From the sequence record NC_028894.1: 64,000 nt of DNA. The stretch is one strand, 5' to 3'. This DNA is from Escherichia phage vB_EcoM_VR20. Below, in pieces: positions 41,854 to 51,665 of the stretch. Under the pieces are notes generated by a model that searched no databases, was not told the DNA's origin, and was given only the letters and a program-made list of their open reading frames with translations. Position 1 is the stretch's first letter. Every line of letters begins with the position of its first letter. Both the position numbers and the translations under genes were made by a program.

Positions 41854-43134
41854 ATGGCAAAGATTAACAAATTACTGCGCGAGTCAACTACCACTACCAG
41901 CAACTCCTTGGGCCGCCCGAATCTTGTTGCTTTGACCCGTGCTACAACCAAATTGATTTACCGCGATATCATCGCTGAACAACGTACTAACCAGCCAGTT
42001 GCGGCTCTGTACGGTGTTAAATATCTTACTCCTGATAATGAATTCAGTTTCCAGACTGGTGCTACTTATGGTGGTGAAGTTGGTTCAAAAGACCGTACAA
42101 CTATTCCGGAATTTACAACCCCAACTCAGGCCGTAGCTAAAGGTGGATACATTAAATTCCAGAATATCGTTTATAAAGCTCTGGTTGATAATCCATTTGC
42201 ATCGACCACAGAAACAGTATTATCTGATGTTCTACAGGAAGGTCTTGTTGCATTAACTATTCGTTTAGTTCCTGATGCTGCACACACCGAAAAATTTGAA
42301 GCTGGTGATGTTGAAATTAGTAACGCTGTATTCCAGGTTAATAAATGGAATGCTCCTGTTAAATCCCGTAAATTGAAAACTGCATTAACTGTTGAGCTTG
42401 CTCAGGATATGGAAGCAAATGGCTTTAATGCTCCTGCGTTCCTGGAAGACCTGCTTGCTACTATTATGGCAGATGAAATTAACAAGGATGTTCTTCAGTC
42501 TCTTATTACCGTTTCCAAGCGTTATAAAGTAACTGGCGTTTCTGACAATGGCACCATCGATTTAACATATGATGCAGCTCCAGAAGGTGCACGTAAACTG
42601 TACGAACTGGTTTGCGAAATGAACTCCGAAATTCAGAAAACTACATCTTATTCCGGTACCTTTGTTGTTGCCTCCAGCCGTGTTGCTGCTATGTTGGCTG
42701 GTTCTGGCTGGCTGAAGCATAAACCTGAAGACGAACAGTGGCTTCCTGAAACAGCGTACGGTTATTTGATTAATGGTCTTCCTGTATTCTGTGATGTTAA
42801 CAGTCCATTGGATTATGTAACCGTTGGCGTTAAAGAAAATTACGGTGGAAACGAAGTCGTAGGCTCAATCTTCTATGCTCCTTATACCGAAGGCCTGGAC
42901 TTAGATGATGAAGAACACGTAGGTGCGTTTAAGGTCATTGTGGACCCAGACAGCTTGCAGCCATCTATCTCCCTGATGGTTCGATATGCGCTTTCAGCTA
43001 ACCCTTACACCGTTGCTAAAGACGACAAAGAAGCTCGTATTATCGATGCAACTAATATGGATTTAATGGCCGGCCAGAGCAATATGTCTTATCTGCTCGG
43101 TGTTAAACTTCCGCCAATCATTTATGAGGCGTAA
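41854..43134 (+). CDS. 24: gp24, head vertex protein (copy 1)
   Basis: 426 aa, gp23-fold vertex protein by size and position after gene 23. Confidence 0.9.
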   Translation: MAKINKLLRESTTTTSNSLGRPNLVALTRATTKLIYRDIIAEQRTNQPVAALYGVKYLTPDNEFSFQTGATYGGEVGSKDRTTIPEFTTPTQAVAKGGYIKFQNIVYKALVDNPFASTTETVLSDVLQEGLVALTIRLVPDAAHTEKFEAGDVEISNAVFQVNKWNAPVKSRKLKTALTVELAQDMEANGFNAPAFLEDLLATIMADEINKDVLQSLITVSKRYKVTGVSDNGTIDLTYDAAPEGARKLYELVCEMNSEIQKTTSYSGTFVVASSRVAAMLAGSGWLKHKPEDEQWLPETAYGYLINGLPVFCDVNSPLDYVTVGVKENYGGNEVVGSIFYAPYTEGLDLDDEEHVGAFKVIVDPDSLQPSISLMVRYALSANPYTVAKDDKEARIIDATNMDLMAGQSNMSYLLGVKLPPIIYEA

Positions 43135-44418
43135 ATGCAAAAGATTAACGCACTAATTCACGAATCAACATTAACGGCGGCCAACCAGGTCGCCCGTCCT
43201 AATTTGCTTTCTTATACTCAGGCCACGAATAAACGAATTTTTAAAGCACTCGTGGCCGAACAGAAAACTACTCAGCCAGTTGCAGCGTTGTATGGTGTTC
43301 GTGTTCTGAACCCAGATGATAAAATGACATATCTTGGTGGAGCAACGTTTGCGGGTCAAATTGGTATGTTCGAGCGTAAGAATATTCCAGAATTTACAAA
43401 CAAAGACGAAGCTTATGCAGTCGGCGATATGTTCCAGTTTGAAAGTGTTGTGTTCAAAGTTTTGGAAGCATCACCATTCGCCGGGACTCTTGAAACTGAT
43501 TTGGGTGAAGTTATTTCTGAAGCCATTGCTGCTGGCCATATAAGAATGATGTCGGATGCGGCTTTCACTGATAAATTTGAACAAGGTCATCCTGAAATTG
43601 CTGAAGCCGGTTTCCGTATTGATAAATGGCAGACCGAAGTCAAATCCAGAAAGCTGAAAACTTCTTTAACGGTCGAGCTTGCACAGGACCTGGAAGCAAA
43701 CGGTTTCGATGCAACAGACTTCATTGATAATATTCTCGGTATTCAGATGGCAGAGGAAATTAATAAGGATGTACTGCAATCCCTTATTACTGTCAGTTCT
43801 CGCTTCAAGGTGCAAGGTGTTTCTGAAAAAGGTGTATTGAATCTAACTGACCCGAAATATGATAACGCTCAGGACCGTGCGCGAACCCTGTATTATTATA
43901 TGTGTGAAATGAACTCCGCAGTTCAACGTCAGACTTCGTTTGCTGGTACATATGCAGTCGCTTCTTCCCGGTGTGCAGCTATTTTAGCAGCTTCTGGTTG
44001 GGTTGAGAAAAAGGAAGACCAGGATGAATTAGCCTATGGCGTTCTGAAGAACGGTTTACCACTTTATGCAGATATGAATAGTCCATGTGATTATGTTATT
44101 GTTGGTGTAAATGCTGATATGGGTGAAGGTCAGACGGTCGCATCTTTGTATTATGCGCCTTATACGGAAGGACTTAGTGAAGTTGATGATGAGGGTGATA
44201 CCTCGGTCGGGGAATTCAAGGTTATTGTTGACCCTGAAAGCTTGCAGCCTACTGTTGCGCTATTAGCTCGTTATGCATTGACAGCGAACCCTTATACGGT
44301 TGCGAAAGATGATAAAGAAGCTCGCATTATTGATGGTGCTGATATGGATAAGATGGCCAACCAAAGCCAATTGAGTTCTTATCTTGGTGTTAAACTTCCA
44401 CCACTGGAAAAAGAATAA
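43135..44418 (+). CDS. 24: gp24 paralog, head vertex protein (copy 2)
   Basis: 427 aa; clear similarity to copy 1 along the whole length (RPNL...QPVAALYGV...; C-terminal GVKLPP); starts 1 nt after the copy 1 stop. Confidence 0.85.
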   Translation: MQKINALIHESTLTAANQVARPNLLSYTQATNKRIFKALVAEQKTTQPVAALYGVRVLNPDDKMTYLGGATFAGQIGMFERKNIPEFTNKDEAYAVGDMFQFESVVFKVLEASPFAGTLETDLGEVISEAIAAGHIRMMSDAAFTDKFEQGHPEIAEAGFRIDKWQTEVKSRKLKTSLTVELAQDLEANGFDATDFIDNILGIQMAEEINKDVLQSLITVSSRFKVQGVSEKGVLNLTDPKYDNAQDRARTLYYYMCEMNSAVQRQTSFAGTYAVASSRCAAILAASGWVEKKEDQDELAYGVLKNGLPLYADMNSPCDYVIVGVNADMGEGQTVASLYYAPYTEGLSEVDDEGDTSVGEFKVIVDPESLQPTVALLARYALTANPYTVAKDDKEARIIDGADMDKMANQSQLSSYLGVKLPPLEKE

Positions 44419-44438
44419 GGGCCTTGCGGCCCTTTTTT
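44419..44438 (+). terminator. intrinsic terminator after the gene 24 paralog
   Basis: GGGCC-UUGC-GGCCC followed by TTTTTT. Confidence 0.8.
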
Positions 44439-45444
44439 ATTCACTAATTAATGCAATCCAAACATGTCTTAATGTTTCTCTTACATTTGCGATGAGTTGC
44501 TTTTTAACTTCAACAGGATTTTCCGTCAGAGTCAATTCAAGGCCTTCGCGACCGGCTTCTTCCAGAATATCTTGGACCGTTAGCCCCATTACCTTTCCAA
44601 AATCCTTCGGTGATACTTCACCAATCTTACTGATAACATTATTGATGCGGTTAACAGTCACATAATCAGTGAAATTCCACAGTAAATCCATATCATTTTG
44701 GCTCAGAACCACTGCAGCCTTAATAGGCTTATCAGACTTTTTCTTTTCACTGAATTTAGAGTTCTTACATTTAATCGCTACGCGCTCGCCGTTAGGTAAC
44801 CATGCAGGAACATCAGGTTTTAATACAAATCCTTCAGCAGTGAATACTTTACCTTCCACCTTTGCATCAAAATCAGTGGTATTTGCTGTAGTCAAACCCG
44901 CGTTATCCACTGTAAAATTGTAATCAGGGACAACAGAATCCAGGTCATTAGGGAGCTTAATTAATTCTTCAAAACTACCTGTAGCCAGGCGCGGCGCAAC
45001 CTTAAACTTATGGATAATACAGAATGCTTCCATAAGGGTGTCAGTCAGGACAGATTCAGTCCCATCTTCTTTAGTAACGCGGATATCAAATACATAAAAA
45101 TCTTTATCACCGTAATCCACATTCTTCTGGATACCTGCCCCGGCAAACTCACCATAAATCTGGTATGCCTGGTAATTAATATCCTGCAAAAGTTTCTGCA
45201 CAGATTTAATAGAATCTGCATAGTTCTTTAATACAATTTCATAACCATAGAAATCTTCTGCAGGCAGGATAGGTCCAGTGCGTTTCGCACATGTCACATT
45301 GTCTTGTTCAATGATTAATGAAAAGTTGGTACCATGAATCTTCTCGCGAGCTACCCATTCACCGCTGGTGAAGCCTTGCAGGCGAATCTTTTCAATGAAC
45401 TTGTTGTTATAGTGATTTTCAAGGCTGTTGTATTTCTTAAACAT
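44437..45444 (-). CDS. rnlB: RNA ligase 2 (Rnl2)
   Basis: 335 aa; N-terminus [13 protein letters not shown]...[14 protein letters not shown] (ligase motif I KxHG) recognisable as T4 Rnl2. Confidence 0.9.
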   Translation of the reverse strand: MFKKYNSLENHYNNKFIEKIRLQGFTSGEWVAREKIHGTNFSLIIEQDNVTCAKRTGPILPAEDFYGYEIVLKNYADSIKSVQKLLQDINYQAYQIYGEFAGAGIQKNVDYGDKDFYVFDIRVTKEDGTESVLTDTLMEAFCIIHKFKVAPRLATGSFEELIKLPNDLDSVVPDYNFTVDNAGLTTANTTDFDAKVEGKVFTAEGFVLKPDVPAWLPNGERVAIKCKNSKFSEKKKSDKPIKAAVVLSQNDMDLLWNFTDYVTVNRINNVISKIGEVSPKDFGKVMGLTVQDILEEAGREGLELTLTENPVEVKKQLIANVRETLRHVWIALISE

Positions 45445-45574
45445 AATCTCTCACTTTTGATGTTATAAATATCATTATAAATTAGACCCACTATACTTTC
45501 TTTCTCTGAAAGGAATTAATAGTCACAAAGGGGTCTAGAACCATTATACCACAATTTTATTTTAAGCAAAAAGG

Positions 45575-45838
45575 TCAGAATTTTACATACAATGTTGGTT
45601 TGCCTTCTTGCCAATCATAATTCCAGGTAAATGATGTAAATTTTTCTGCTCGCAGAAATTCAGATATCTTTGCGCGGTTTCCTTCTTCATACTCTTTTTC
45701 AGAAACTGCCATATTAACAAAATCTTTGCCATTTTGAGCAGCGGCAACTGCCACTTTACGGAATATAGCAATAAAATCATTTGCAACTTTATCTTGTGAC
45801 TCTTTTGCGATTTGACGTAGTTCTTCTGCAAATGTCAT
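45575..45838 (-). CDS. hypothetical protein (24.x-like)
   Basis: ATG at 45838; 87 aa; position between rnlB and hoc as T4 24.2/24.3. Confidence 0.5.
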   Translation of the reverse strand: MTFAEELRQIAKESQDKVANDFIAIFRKVAVAAAQNGKDFVNMAVSEKEYEEGNRAKISEFLRAEKFTSFTWNYDWQEGKPTLYVKF

Positions 45839-46038
45839 TTCTTCACCTTTTTGTTATTCAAACGTTTACGATAAACAATCTTTTCTTTTGCTTTAAATTT
45901 AGCTTTGGCCTGTTCTACATCAACCCAGGCCTTTGCCATTTCTTTAGCAGTCCCGCCTAATACCTTGGCGATTTCAATAAATGTCATACCAGATTCATGC
46001 AGAAAATGTACTTTAACCTTATCCATAATGATTCTCAT
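45835..46038 (-). CDS. small basic hypothetical protein (24.x-like)
   Basis: 67 aa with Lys-rich C-terminus; a GTTTAC-type early promoter candidate upstream; start 46038 versus 46026 uncertain. Confidence 0.45.
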   Translation of the reverse strand: MRIIMDKVKVHFLHESGMTFIEIAKVLGGTAKEMAKAWVDVEQAKAKFKAKEKIVYRKRLNNKKVKK

Positions 46039-46121
46039 GTTGAGTTAGTGAAGCTATCTTAACATGGAATTTTTAACTTGTAAACAGGGTTTTTATGCCA
46101 GGCAACGTTTGTACAGTACCA

Positions 46122-46151
46122 TAAAAACAAAGGGACCCGAAGGTCCCTTTT
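46122..46151. terminator. bidirectional intrinsic terminator
   Basis: GGGACC-CGAA-GGUCCC flanked by an A-run upstream and T-run downstream; serves hoc on the minus strand. Confidence 0.75.
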
Positions 46152-46154
46152 TAA

Positions 46155-47288
46155 TTAATAAACGTAATCGTATATAATACCAGCTTCTAAAGCGGTGCGA
46201 TGAATAATTCGACCATTACGAGATTCTTGTACATCAACCTCTGGATAGTCGGTAATCATTTTTTGAAGGGTATATCGGTGCAAATAATACGGGCTATCTG
46301 GAGCATCAGTTTTCCAGTCTTGCCCAGCAAGAGTCATTTTCTGAATTTCGTCCATAACCCACCAACCACACCAGATATAAGCTGAATTACGAACTGGCAG
46401 CGGATGAACGTAAGGTAGTTCACCCTCTGGTTCAGGTGCGACTTTAGCGGTGACTGTTACATTACCAGTTTTTGTTACCGTCACTGGGTTATAATCAGTC
46501 GCCGAAACCACAACAGAAACTTCAATAACCTGTGAACCTTCGGCGCTTGTATCGATTACCAGAGTATCCGTGGTGCCATCTACAGGAGAACCATCTTTCT
46601 TCCAAGAATAAGCAAAAGTAGCTCCACTCGGCGCGCCGACTACATCCGCTTTAAAAGAAGCTGGAGTACCTTCAGAGACAGTAATAGAAGCAGGCGTTAA
46701 AGTAACAGAAACACCCGACATAGTTTTCTTAACAAACGTTACCTCAGCTCCTTTAGTTGCGGTGCCATTATTATAATCGGGTGCAGAAACAGTAACTTCG
46801 CAGTTCAATGTATAATTTGCTTCTGCTGATTCGGTAACAGTAATAGTTTCACCAGTTTGACCTGGGATTACGCTAGTGTTACGTTTCCAAACATAAGCAA
46901 TTGTTGCACCAGAAGGAGCACCTGTCACGTTAGCAGTAACAACTTGAGATTGCCCTATTTCTTTAGTAACAGAGGCCGGGTCTAAAGTCAGCGTGATTGC
47001 CGGCATTGTTTTATTCTGGATAGTTAAAGTTGTTTCAGCTTCAGCAGTTTCCGGTTCCCCGTCTGCCGGAGTGGTGGTTGCAACAACTTTAATAGTCTTA
47101 CTGCCTGCTGGACCAACAGCGACATAATCCATTGCAGCAGTCACAGAAGATTGAGGAACGCCATCAACGGTCCAGACAAATGATTCGGTACCTTCAGCTG
47201 CAGCGCCAGCGCCGGTTGCAGTGAAATTGGTTGTTGCTCCAATAACGGCCGTAGCCGCCAAAGGAGCAATAGTTACGGTATAAGCCAT
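46155..47288 (-). CDS. hoc: Hoc, highly immunogenic outer capsid protein
   Basis: 377 aa; repeated Ig-like modules and conserved C-terminus (PEPEGELPYVHPLP...IWCGWWVMDEIQKMT...YYLHRYTLQKM). Confidence 0.9.
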   Translation of the reverse strand: MAYTVTIAPLAATAVIGATTNFTATGAGAAAEGTESFVWTVDGVPQSSVTAAMDYVAVGPAGSKTIKVVATTTPADGEPETAEAETTLTIQNKTMPAITLTLDPASVTKEIGQSQVVTANVTGAPSGATIAYVWKRNTSVIPGQTGETITVTESAEANYTLNCEVTVSAPDYNNGTATKGAEVTFVKKTMSGVSVTLTPASITVSEGTPASFKADVVGAPSGATFAYSWKKDGSPVDGTTDTLVIDTSAEGSQVIEVSVVVSATDYNPVTVTKTGNVTVTAKVAPEPEGELPYVHPLPVRNSAYIWCGWWVMDEIQKMTLAGQDWKTDAPDSPYYLHRYTLQKMITDYPEVDVQESRNGRIIHRTALEAGIIYDYVY

Positions 47289-47297
47289 AATAAACCC

Positions 47298-47963
47298 TTA
47301 TTTTAAAGTGACAAAAGATGAGTTACGAGTTTCTCGTACTAGAACAGACCCATTACGATTAATGTAATAAATCAAACTGAATAGAGTTTGGTGCGCGGTG
47401 GGATGTGGGAAAGCAGTTGGACGTTCTTTCCAATCTGGAGTCTCGGCAATCCACTGATAAATCCACCATGGAACAGTACAGAATCCAGGGTTCTTACCAA
47501 TAAGCATAAGATTTGGGCTAAAGTTTTTTGGCAGAGCAAATACAGGTTTTTCAGATTCGATAACCTTAGCAACAGCTGCTTCGAACTTTTCTTCGACAAA
47601 CGGAACGTCCTCTTCGACCACAACAACTGGTTCTTCGATTTCAACAACTTCAACCTTTGCTTCGGTTGGAGCATCAAATAAGAGCTTAGCTTCTTCTTTA
47701 GCTGACTCATCGCCATCAAATTTAGCACCTGACAATTCATCATCGGCATCGATAAGGTCAGTGATGCTCAAGCCTTCATTATCATCAGGCATAGGCATGT
47801 CAGCAAATGCTTTAAGTCCTGCTTCCAGGTCAGCCAACATATTATCAAAGGTTTTTGTTTTCTTAACATCAACACCAAGTGATGCTGCATATTCGGCTAA
47901 TTTTTCTTTGGCTTCTTTTTTCTCGAGGACACGAATTTCCTCAATGTAGTTCTTGTCAATCAT
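47298..47963 (-). CDS. inh: inh-like protein (inhibitor of prohead protease), by position
   Basis: 221 aa, acidic; located between hoc and uvsW as T4 inh. Confidence 0.5.
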   Translation of the reverse strand: MIDKNYIEEIRVLEKKEAKEKLAEYAASLGVDVKKTKTFDNMLADLEAGLKAFADMPMPDDNEGLSITDLIDADDELSGAKFDGDESAKEEAKLLFDAPTEAKVEVVEIEEPVVVVEEDVPFVEEKFEAAVAKVIESEKPVFALPKNFSPNLMLIGKNPGFCTVPWWIYQWIAETPDWKERPTAFPHPTAHQTLFSLIYYINRNGSVLVRETRNSSFVTLK

Positions 47964-47981
47964 GATGAACCTCGGTTAGTG

Positions 47982-47989
47982 TATAAATA
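47982..47989 (+). promoter_or_regulatory. late promoter TATAAATA (uvsW)
   Basis: Exact TATAAATA 29 nt upstream of the uvsW ATG. Confidence 0.65.
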
Positions 47990-48017
47990 TAGATATATTT
48001 ATTACCTTGGAATCATC

Positions 48018-49517
48018 ATGGATATTAAAATCAACTTTCTAAATTTTAGTCACGTGCATGTTGAATGTGAAGATGGAATCTTCTACGAACTCCGTGATTA
48101 CTTCAGCTTCGAAGCTGAAAACTATCGCTTCAATCCAAAGTTCAAGCAGGGAGTTTGGGACGGACGAATCCGCCTCCTGGATTACAATCGTAAATTACCA
48201 TACGGTTTGGTTAATCAAATTAAAAAGTTCGCTGACCAGTTTGGTTATTCATTCTGGATTGACCCGCAAATCACCGAGAAAGAAGAAATCTCTCGCGAAG
48301 AATTCGACAAATGGGTCGAGTCAAAAGAAATCTATTCAGGCAATACCAAGATAACGCCCCATTGGTATCAATCTGACGCCGTATATGATGGTCTGGTCAA
48401 CAGAAGAAAGATTCTGAACTTACCTACGTCTGCGGGTAAAAGCCTCATCCAGGCGCTTCTGGCGCGATATTATCTCGAGAACTATGAAGGCAAGGTTCTT
48501 ATCCTTGTTCCTACAACTGCCCTTGTCGACCAGATGATTAATGACTTTGTTGATTATCGGCTTTTCCCTCGTGCAGCTTGTCTGGGTATTCGTTCCGGGA
48601 CTAAACGCGATTCTGATGCGATGATTTATGTATCGACTTATCAGACGGCTGTAAAACAACCTAAAGAATGGTTTGAACAGTTTGGCCAGTTTATGAATGA
48701 CGAATGCCACATGGCTACAGGTAAATCGATTTCGACGGTTATCGAAGGCCTTACGAATTGCATGTTTAAATTTGGTTTGTCAGGTTCACTCCGTGATGGC
48801 AAAGCCAACCTTATGCAATATATGGGTCTGTTTGGTGATATCTTTAAACCAGTATCAACATCTAAATTAATGGAAGATGGCCAGGTTACTGACCTTAAAA
48901 TAAATAGTATTTTCCTTCGTTACCCTGACGAATTCACCGTTAAAATGAAAGGTAAAACTTATCAGGATGAAATCAAGGTAATTACAAAAGCTACACGCAG
49001 AAATAAATGGGTAACAAACCTTGCACTCAAGCTTTCTAAAAAAGATGAAAACGTCTTTTTGATGTTTAAGAATATCGAGCATGGTAAATCGATGTTTGAA
49101 ATGATTAAAGAAGCTGGTCATGAGAAAGTGTATTATGTTTCCGGGGAAGTTGATACCGAAACCCGTAATGCTCTGAAGGTCATGGCAGAGAATGGAAAGG
49201 GAATTATTGTTGTAGCTTCATATGGTGTATTCTCAACGGGGATTTCCGTTAAAAACCTCCATCATATTATTTTCGCTCACCCGGTCAAGTCAAAGGTAAT
49301 TGTACTCCAGACAATTGGCCGCGTGCTTCGAAAACATGAATCCAAATCGACCGCAAACGTGTGGGACATTGTGGATGATATGGGGGTCAAACCCAAATCA
49401 GCAAACGCTAAAAAGAAATATGTTCATATTAACTTTGCGCTTAAACATGCACTAGAACGTATTCAGCGGTATGCAGACGAAAAATTCAATTATGTAATTA
49501 AACAGGTGGAAATATAA
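48018..49517 (+). CDS. uvsW: UvsW, recombination/repair helicase
   Basis: ATG at 48018 (MDIKINF...), downstream of the late promoter; helicase motifs (NLPTSAGKS, DECH, QTIGRVLR). Confidence 0.93.
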   Translation: MDIKINFLNFSHVHVECEDGIFYELRDYFSFEAENYRFNPKFKQGVWDGRIRLLDYNRKLPYGLVNQIKKFADQFGYSFWIDPQITEKEEISREEFDKWVESKEIYSGNTKITPHWYQSDAVYDGLVNRRKILNLPTSAGKSLIQALLARYYLENYEGKVLILVPTTALVDQMINDFVDYRLFPRAACLGIRSGTKRDSDAMIYVSTYQTAVKQPKEWFEQFGQFMNDECHMATGKSISTVIEGLTNCMFKFGLSGSLRDGKANLMQYMGLFGDIFKPVSTSKLMEDGQVTDLKINSIFLRYPDEFTVKMKGKTYQDEIKVITKATRRNKWVTNLALKLSKKDENVFLMFKNIEHGKSMFEMIKEAGHEKVYYVSGEVDTETRNALKVMAENGKGIIVVASYGVFSTGISVKNLHHIIFAHPVKSKVIVLQTIGRVLRKHESKSTANVWDIVDDMGVKPKSANAKKKYVHINFALKHALERIQRYADEKFNYVIKQVEI

Positions 49518-49744
49518 TGAAATCCTTCGAAGAAATTATGTACGAAGCATCAATTGAAGGCTTTATGGCTAAGATTGGTTCCTGTCAGACCATGGACGGT
49601 CTGAAGGAGTTGGAAGGCTATTATAAGAAACGCAGCAAAGAAGCTGAACTGAAAGATTCCGATGATATCAGTGTTCGCGATGCTCTTGCCGGTAAACGCG
49701 CCGAGCTTGAGGATATGGACGACGAAGAAGACGAAGATTTCTAA
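49517..49744 (+). CDS. uvsW.1: UvsW.1, small acidic protein
   Basis: 75 aa with acidic tail, ATGA overlap with uvsW as in T4. Confidence 0.75.
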   Translation: MKSFEEIMYEASIEGFMAKIGSCQTMDGLKELEGYYKKRSKEAELKDSDDISVRDALAGKRAELEDMDDEEDEDF

Positions 49745-49774
49745 ATAAAAAGGCCCCAACCAAAAGGAAGGGGC
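49743..49774 (-). terminator. intrinsic terminator (minus strand) after the uvsY operon
   Basis: GCCCC...GGGGC hairpin followed on the minus strand by a U-run (plus AAATAAAAA). Confidence 0.55.
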
Positions 49775-49801
49775 AAAACCAAAAATGGTTAACAACACTA
49801 G

Positions 49802-49969
49802 CTAAATTAAAAGTTGGGTCTCGTTCAGTTGCTCTTCTGTATTTTCCGTAACTGGCAAACTCTGAACATAATTATAACAGGCGCCCGGATGCACCGGACC
49901 TTGGTCTGTATCCACAACCAATGCAGAATCGATTGGAGTTTTACAGACAACACAAATCTTATCTGACAT
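49802..49969 (-). CDS. small Cys-containing protein (55 aa), uvsY.-2-like by position
   Basis: Hand translation: MSDKICVVCKTPIDSALVVDTDQGPVHPGACYNYVQSLPVTENTEEQLNETQLLI; GAGGAG RBS; below the ORF-track length cutoff. Confidence 0.5.
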   Translation of the reverse strand: MSDKICVVCKTPIDSALVVDTDQGPVHPGACYNYVQSLPVTENTEEQLNETQLLI

Positions 49970-49997
49970 GATTGTCTCCTCAGTTAAACTTACATAT

Positions 49998-50111
49998 CTA
50001 TTTAGTGCTCTTCATAATAGCAGCACGAGCTTTCATCTCGTTAACAATTTCAGTTATTCGGTTTGCAGAGATAACCATCTCGTCGAGAATCTTACTAATA
50101 TTCTGTTTCAT
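49998..50111 (-). CDS. small protein (37 aa), uvsY.-1-like by position
   Basis: ATG overlaps the uvsY stop (TGATG); MKQNISKILDEMVISANRITEIVNEMKARAAIMKSTK. Confidence 0.4.
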   Translation of the reverse strand: MKQNISKILDEMVISANRITEIVNEMKARAAIMKSTK

Positions 50112-50545
50112 CATTTACCTGCCTCGAATTGTCTTATTTCTAACATATGTTTAAGTGCGAAACTTCGTGACTTAACACCATCTAATGCAGCGCTACAGAA
50201 GTCCTGGAGCAGTGCCCAATACTGAATTGAAGTATCAATCTTCAACACGCTTGAATCTGCGGCCATGACTGTTTTCAATTCTGACTTCTCGTATACATCC
50301 ATGCATACTTCTTCCCCTGGGTCACCCCTTCCCGTATAATGGTCTAGTCGTTTTTTCAGTGCAGTTTTCTTCTGAATCTCAAGACGCATTATTTCTTTCT
50401 TGCAGTTGGTATACAATCTCAACCATTTGCTATGCAACAAAACGTTGTTTTGTGTTTCATATTGAAGTTGTGTACCATCAATTTTTAAATCTGCATCTAA
50501 CTCGTCCTGAAATACTTCTAACTTATATTCAATCTCTTTTTTCAT
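50111..50545 (-). CDS. uvsY: UvsY, recombination mediator protein
   Basis: ATG at 50545 (MKKEIEYK...); KIDGTQLQYE...LHSKWL...C-terminal QYWALLQDFCSAALDGVKSRSFALKHM..FEAGK recognisable as UvsY; the track start lies inside the promoter. Confidence 0.9.
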   Translation of the reverse strand: MKKEIEYKLEVFQDELDADLKIDGTQLQYETQNNVLLHSKWLRLYTNCKKEIMRLEIQKKTALKKRLDHYTGRGDPGEEVCMDVYEKSELKTVMAADSSVLKIDTSIQYWALLQDFCSAALDGVKSRSFALKHMLEIRQFEAGK

Positions 50546-50556
50546 AATGTATCCAA

Positions 50557-50580
50557 TGTAAGGGTCTAGAACCATTATAC
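50557..50580 (-). promoter_or_regulatory. early/middle promoter -10 element (TGTATAATGG) for uvsY
   Basis: Minus-strand GGCTGTATAATGGTTCTAGACCC; the motif GGTCTAGAACCATTATAC recurs at 45535. Confidence 0.45.
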
Positions 50581-50598
50581 AGCCATAAAATTAAAGCA

Positions 50599-50988
50599 TT
50601 AACCGTTTTGACTTAGCTGAATCCTGATTTGTTCGAGGGTATCAGGGTCATCAACAATGCTGAACTGAACCGTTACGATAATGGAGTTATCATCATACAT
50701 AGGGACAACTGCAACCTGTAGATTGCTTATCCTTGGTTCGAAGTTCCGCACCGCGGAGACGATGTTGCGTTTAATGGTATCTGTGATTAATGGAGTGATA
50801 TTCTCAAAAAGCTGATTACTTATATCACATCCAAATTCAGGCATAAAAGGCCTTGACCCTTTTCTTGTGGTGATTATTCCCAGAAGACTGTTCTTAACAG
50901 ACCTTGCACCGGTTACTTTAGCAACGTCTTTATCCCAACTCATTGACAAGTCAGGAGACACATCGCTATACATTTTGTTTATATTCAT
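50599..50988 (-). CDS. 25: gp25, baseplate wedge protein
   Basis: 129 aa; LLGIITTRKGSRPF.PEFGCD motif of gp25/gpW. Confidence 0.92.
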   Translation of the reverse strand: MNINKMYSDVSPDLSMSWDKDVAKVTGARSVKNSLLGIITTRKGSRPFMPEFGCDISNQLFENITPLITDTIKRNIVSAVRNFEPRISNLQVAVVPMYDDNSIIVTVQFSIVDDPDTLEQIRIQLSQNG

Positions 50989-51612
50989 TTACATAAACTT
51001 AAAGAATTCTTTAAGCCCCTTAATTACATGGACAGAATGCGCTCCACACTCGCAAGAGATAGGAATAGCCATTTGGACCTGTGGCTTGAGAAGTTCTTCC
51101 GTTAGTGCATTTATATCATCGAGGGTAATTGCATTGTACAGGTCCTCGATTTCGGCTTCATTTAAGTCATCAACAACGATGCGCTCACCGCCTTCCGTGA
51201 TAATATATTCGATACAACAAGCAATCATTTTTCCTTTATCGCCATCTTCAAACAGTCCCGGATAACGGAATTTAATTTTAAACGCCCCGAAATCACGAAT
51301 AACCTCAGACTCATCCACGATGCTTGCACGACTTATAGTCACAGGAATATCTTGTTCCTTTCCACACTCGCATACCCATGTATGCTCGACGTTAACAGCT
51401 CCGAGACTATTTGCCCAGAGATTAATAAGAAGCAGTTCAGCTTCCTGTTTGTTTAACCCTTTAGCATCAGTGCATTTATTAAGCAGTTCAATTATTGCGG
51501 GTTCCATACGCTTTTCTAATTTTGCCTGAAGCAAATCTTTGTATTCGCGCAAGGTAAAAGCCCTACAATTTATAGTTTTATTTTTAATTTGGACAATAAA
51601 TTCATAAGTCAT
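50989..51612 (-). CDS. 26: gp26, baseplate hub protein
   Basis: ATG at 51612 with AAGGAG RBS and TATAAATA upstream (track start 51645 is TTG); 207 aa. Confidence 0.8.
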   Translation of the reverse strand: MTYEFIVQIKNKTINCRAFTLREYKDLLQAKLEKRMEPAIIELLNKCTDAKGLNKQEAELLLINLWANSLGAVNVEHTWVCECGKEQDIPVTISRASIVDESEVIRDFGAFKIKFRYPGLFEDGDKGKMIACCIEYIITEGGERIVVDDLNEAEIEDLYNAITLDDINALTEELLKPQVQMAIPISCECGAHSVHVIKGLKEFFKFM

Positions 51613-51629
51613 AATTTGCTCCTTTACTG

Positions 51630-51637
51630 TATTTATA
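51630..51637 (-). promoter_or_regulatory. late promoter TATAAATA (minus strand, gene 26)
   Basis: Plus tatttata = minus TATAAATA; overlaps the divergent plus-strand late promoter. Confidence 0.6.
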
Positions 51638-51641
51638 AATA
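51634..51641 (+). promoter_or_regulatory. late promoter TATAAATA (gene 51)
   Basis: Exact TATAAATA 25 nt upstream of the gene 51 ATG. Confidence 0.65.
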
Positions 51642-51665
51642 TCAATAAAGATAAAAGGGGATTCT

